NCBI GenBank assembly: GCA_973895155.1 | Contig: OZ316895.1 | Coordinates: 17,439,437 to 17,503,436 of the forward strand | DNA length: 64,000 nt | Direction of reading: 5' to 3' | DNA from: Marsupella aquatica | Lineage: Eukaryota; Plantae; Marchantiophyta | Shown: piece after piece, positions 63,312 through 64,000 of the stretch | Layout of the letters: every line of letters starts with the position of its first letter | Numbering within the stretch: the stretch's first letter is position 1 | The notes under the pieces: model-generated | The model's database searches: none | The model's input: only the letters and a program-made list of their open reading frames with translations | Told to the model about the DNA's origin: nothing | Position numbers and translations under genes: made by a program

Positions 63312-64000
63312 CAACTGCCCACCCTTTTTTGTGAATTGTGGTAAGTTTCAATTCCACAATAAATATTAAGTAATTAATGAAGCAACACAGCATGGCAGTT
63401 AAGAATCCCACAGGGGCAGAAGGTAACCTCGTGTTTCCTCATTTCCTCGTGTCGTGCTCGAGGACAGAAGAAGTGGCGATGAGGTAATGGAATACTCATC
63501 TAACCTTCCGAACAAGTGCAGAGAGTGCGAAGCAAGATTGACTCTCTCTTTTTCTCTTTCTTTAGCGGAAGGTCAAGTTCATCCGCACACGAGAGACAGT
63601 CAGAAGAGCAATTCTCAGTCATGGCTAACAAACGATAGTCTCTCTTGAGGAAATCACTCTAGTCCTCAGTGAGAGCTCTGAAATTGCTGCTCGGAATTGA
63701 ATTTTGGAAATTGCTTCAATCTGCAAATGAATATTGAATCAAAAAAATTTGAGAGTAAGGGAATTCAGGAAGACTTCATTGCTCCTCACCTAAGACGGAG
63801 GCATTGACTGGACCATGAAGAGGTTGAGTACTCTTGCTCCACAACAATGCATTAGAAGCGAGGCAACTAATGATAGAGAGACGACTTTGGATTGAACGAA
63901 AGAGAGGAGGGGAGGGAAACACCAAAACTAGCCAGGATGTGATTGCGAAGGTGAAAGGATGAGAGCAATTGATCTCCAAGGATTCCAACGGGACTATGTG

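Overview
Eukaryotic nuclear DNA with spliceosomal introns, most likely from a non-seed land plant (bryophyte/liverwort-like: it has a ciliary IFT gene, EG16 and a moss-type CRE-like retroelement). Contents in order: a complete but decayed Ty1/copia element (434-6141) inserted in the loop of a larger inverted repeat; a helicase-less Dicer-like gene; an unidentified ORF or pseudogene; an intronless GH16 EG16 endoglucanase; an atypical cyclophilin; a Mutator-like foldback element; tRNA-Glu(TTC); GINS Psf1; a C-terminal-half IFT139/TTC21B gene; a 2-oxoglutarate/Fe(II) dioxygenase; a GH51 alpha-L-arabinofuranosidase; and a TE-rich tail (LINE nested in a MITE, CRE-like fragment, hAT-like MITE). The most notable unexplained structure is in the 3-kb last intron of the IFT139-like gene: six tandem hairpins plus a seventh dispersed one. 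They have plant pre-miRNA geometry and share a conserved 5'-U 21-mer (UGGCAGUCUUCAACGAAUGAG), which makes them a candidate polycistronic intronic miRNA cluster hosted by a truncated flagellar gene. Exon boundaries were read by eye and family assignments are from remembered motifs; no searches were run.
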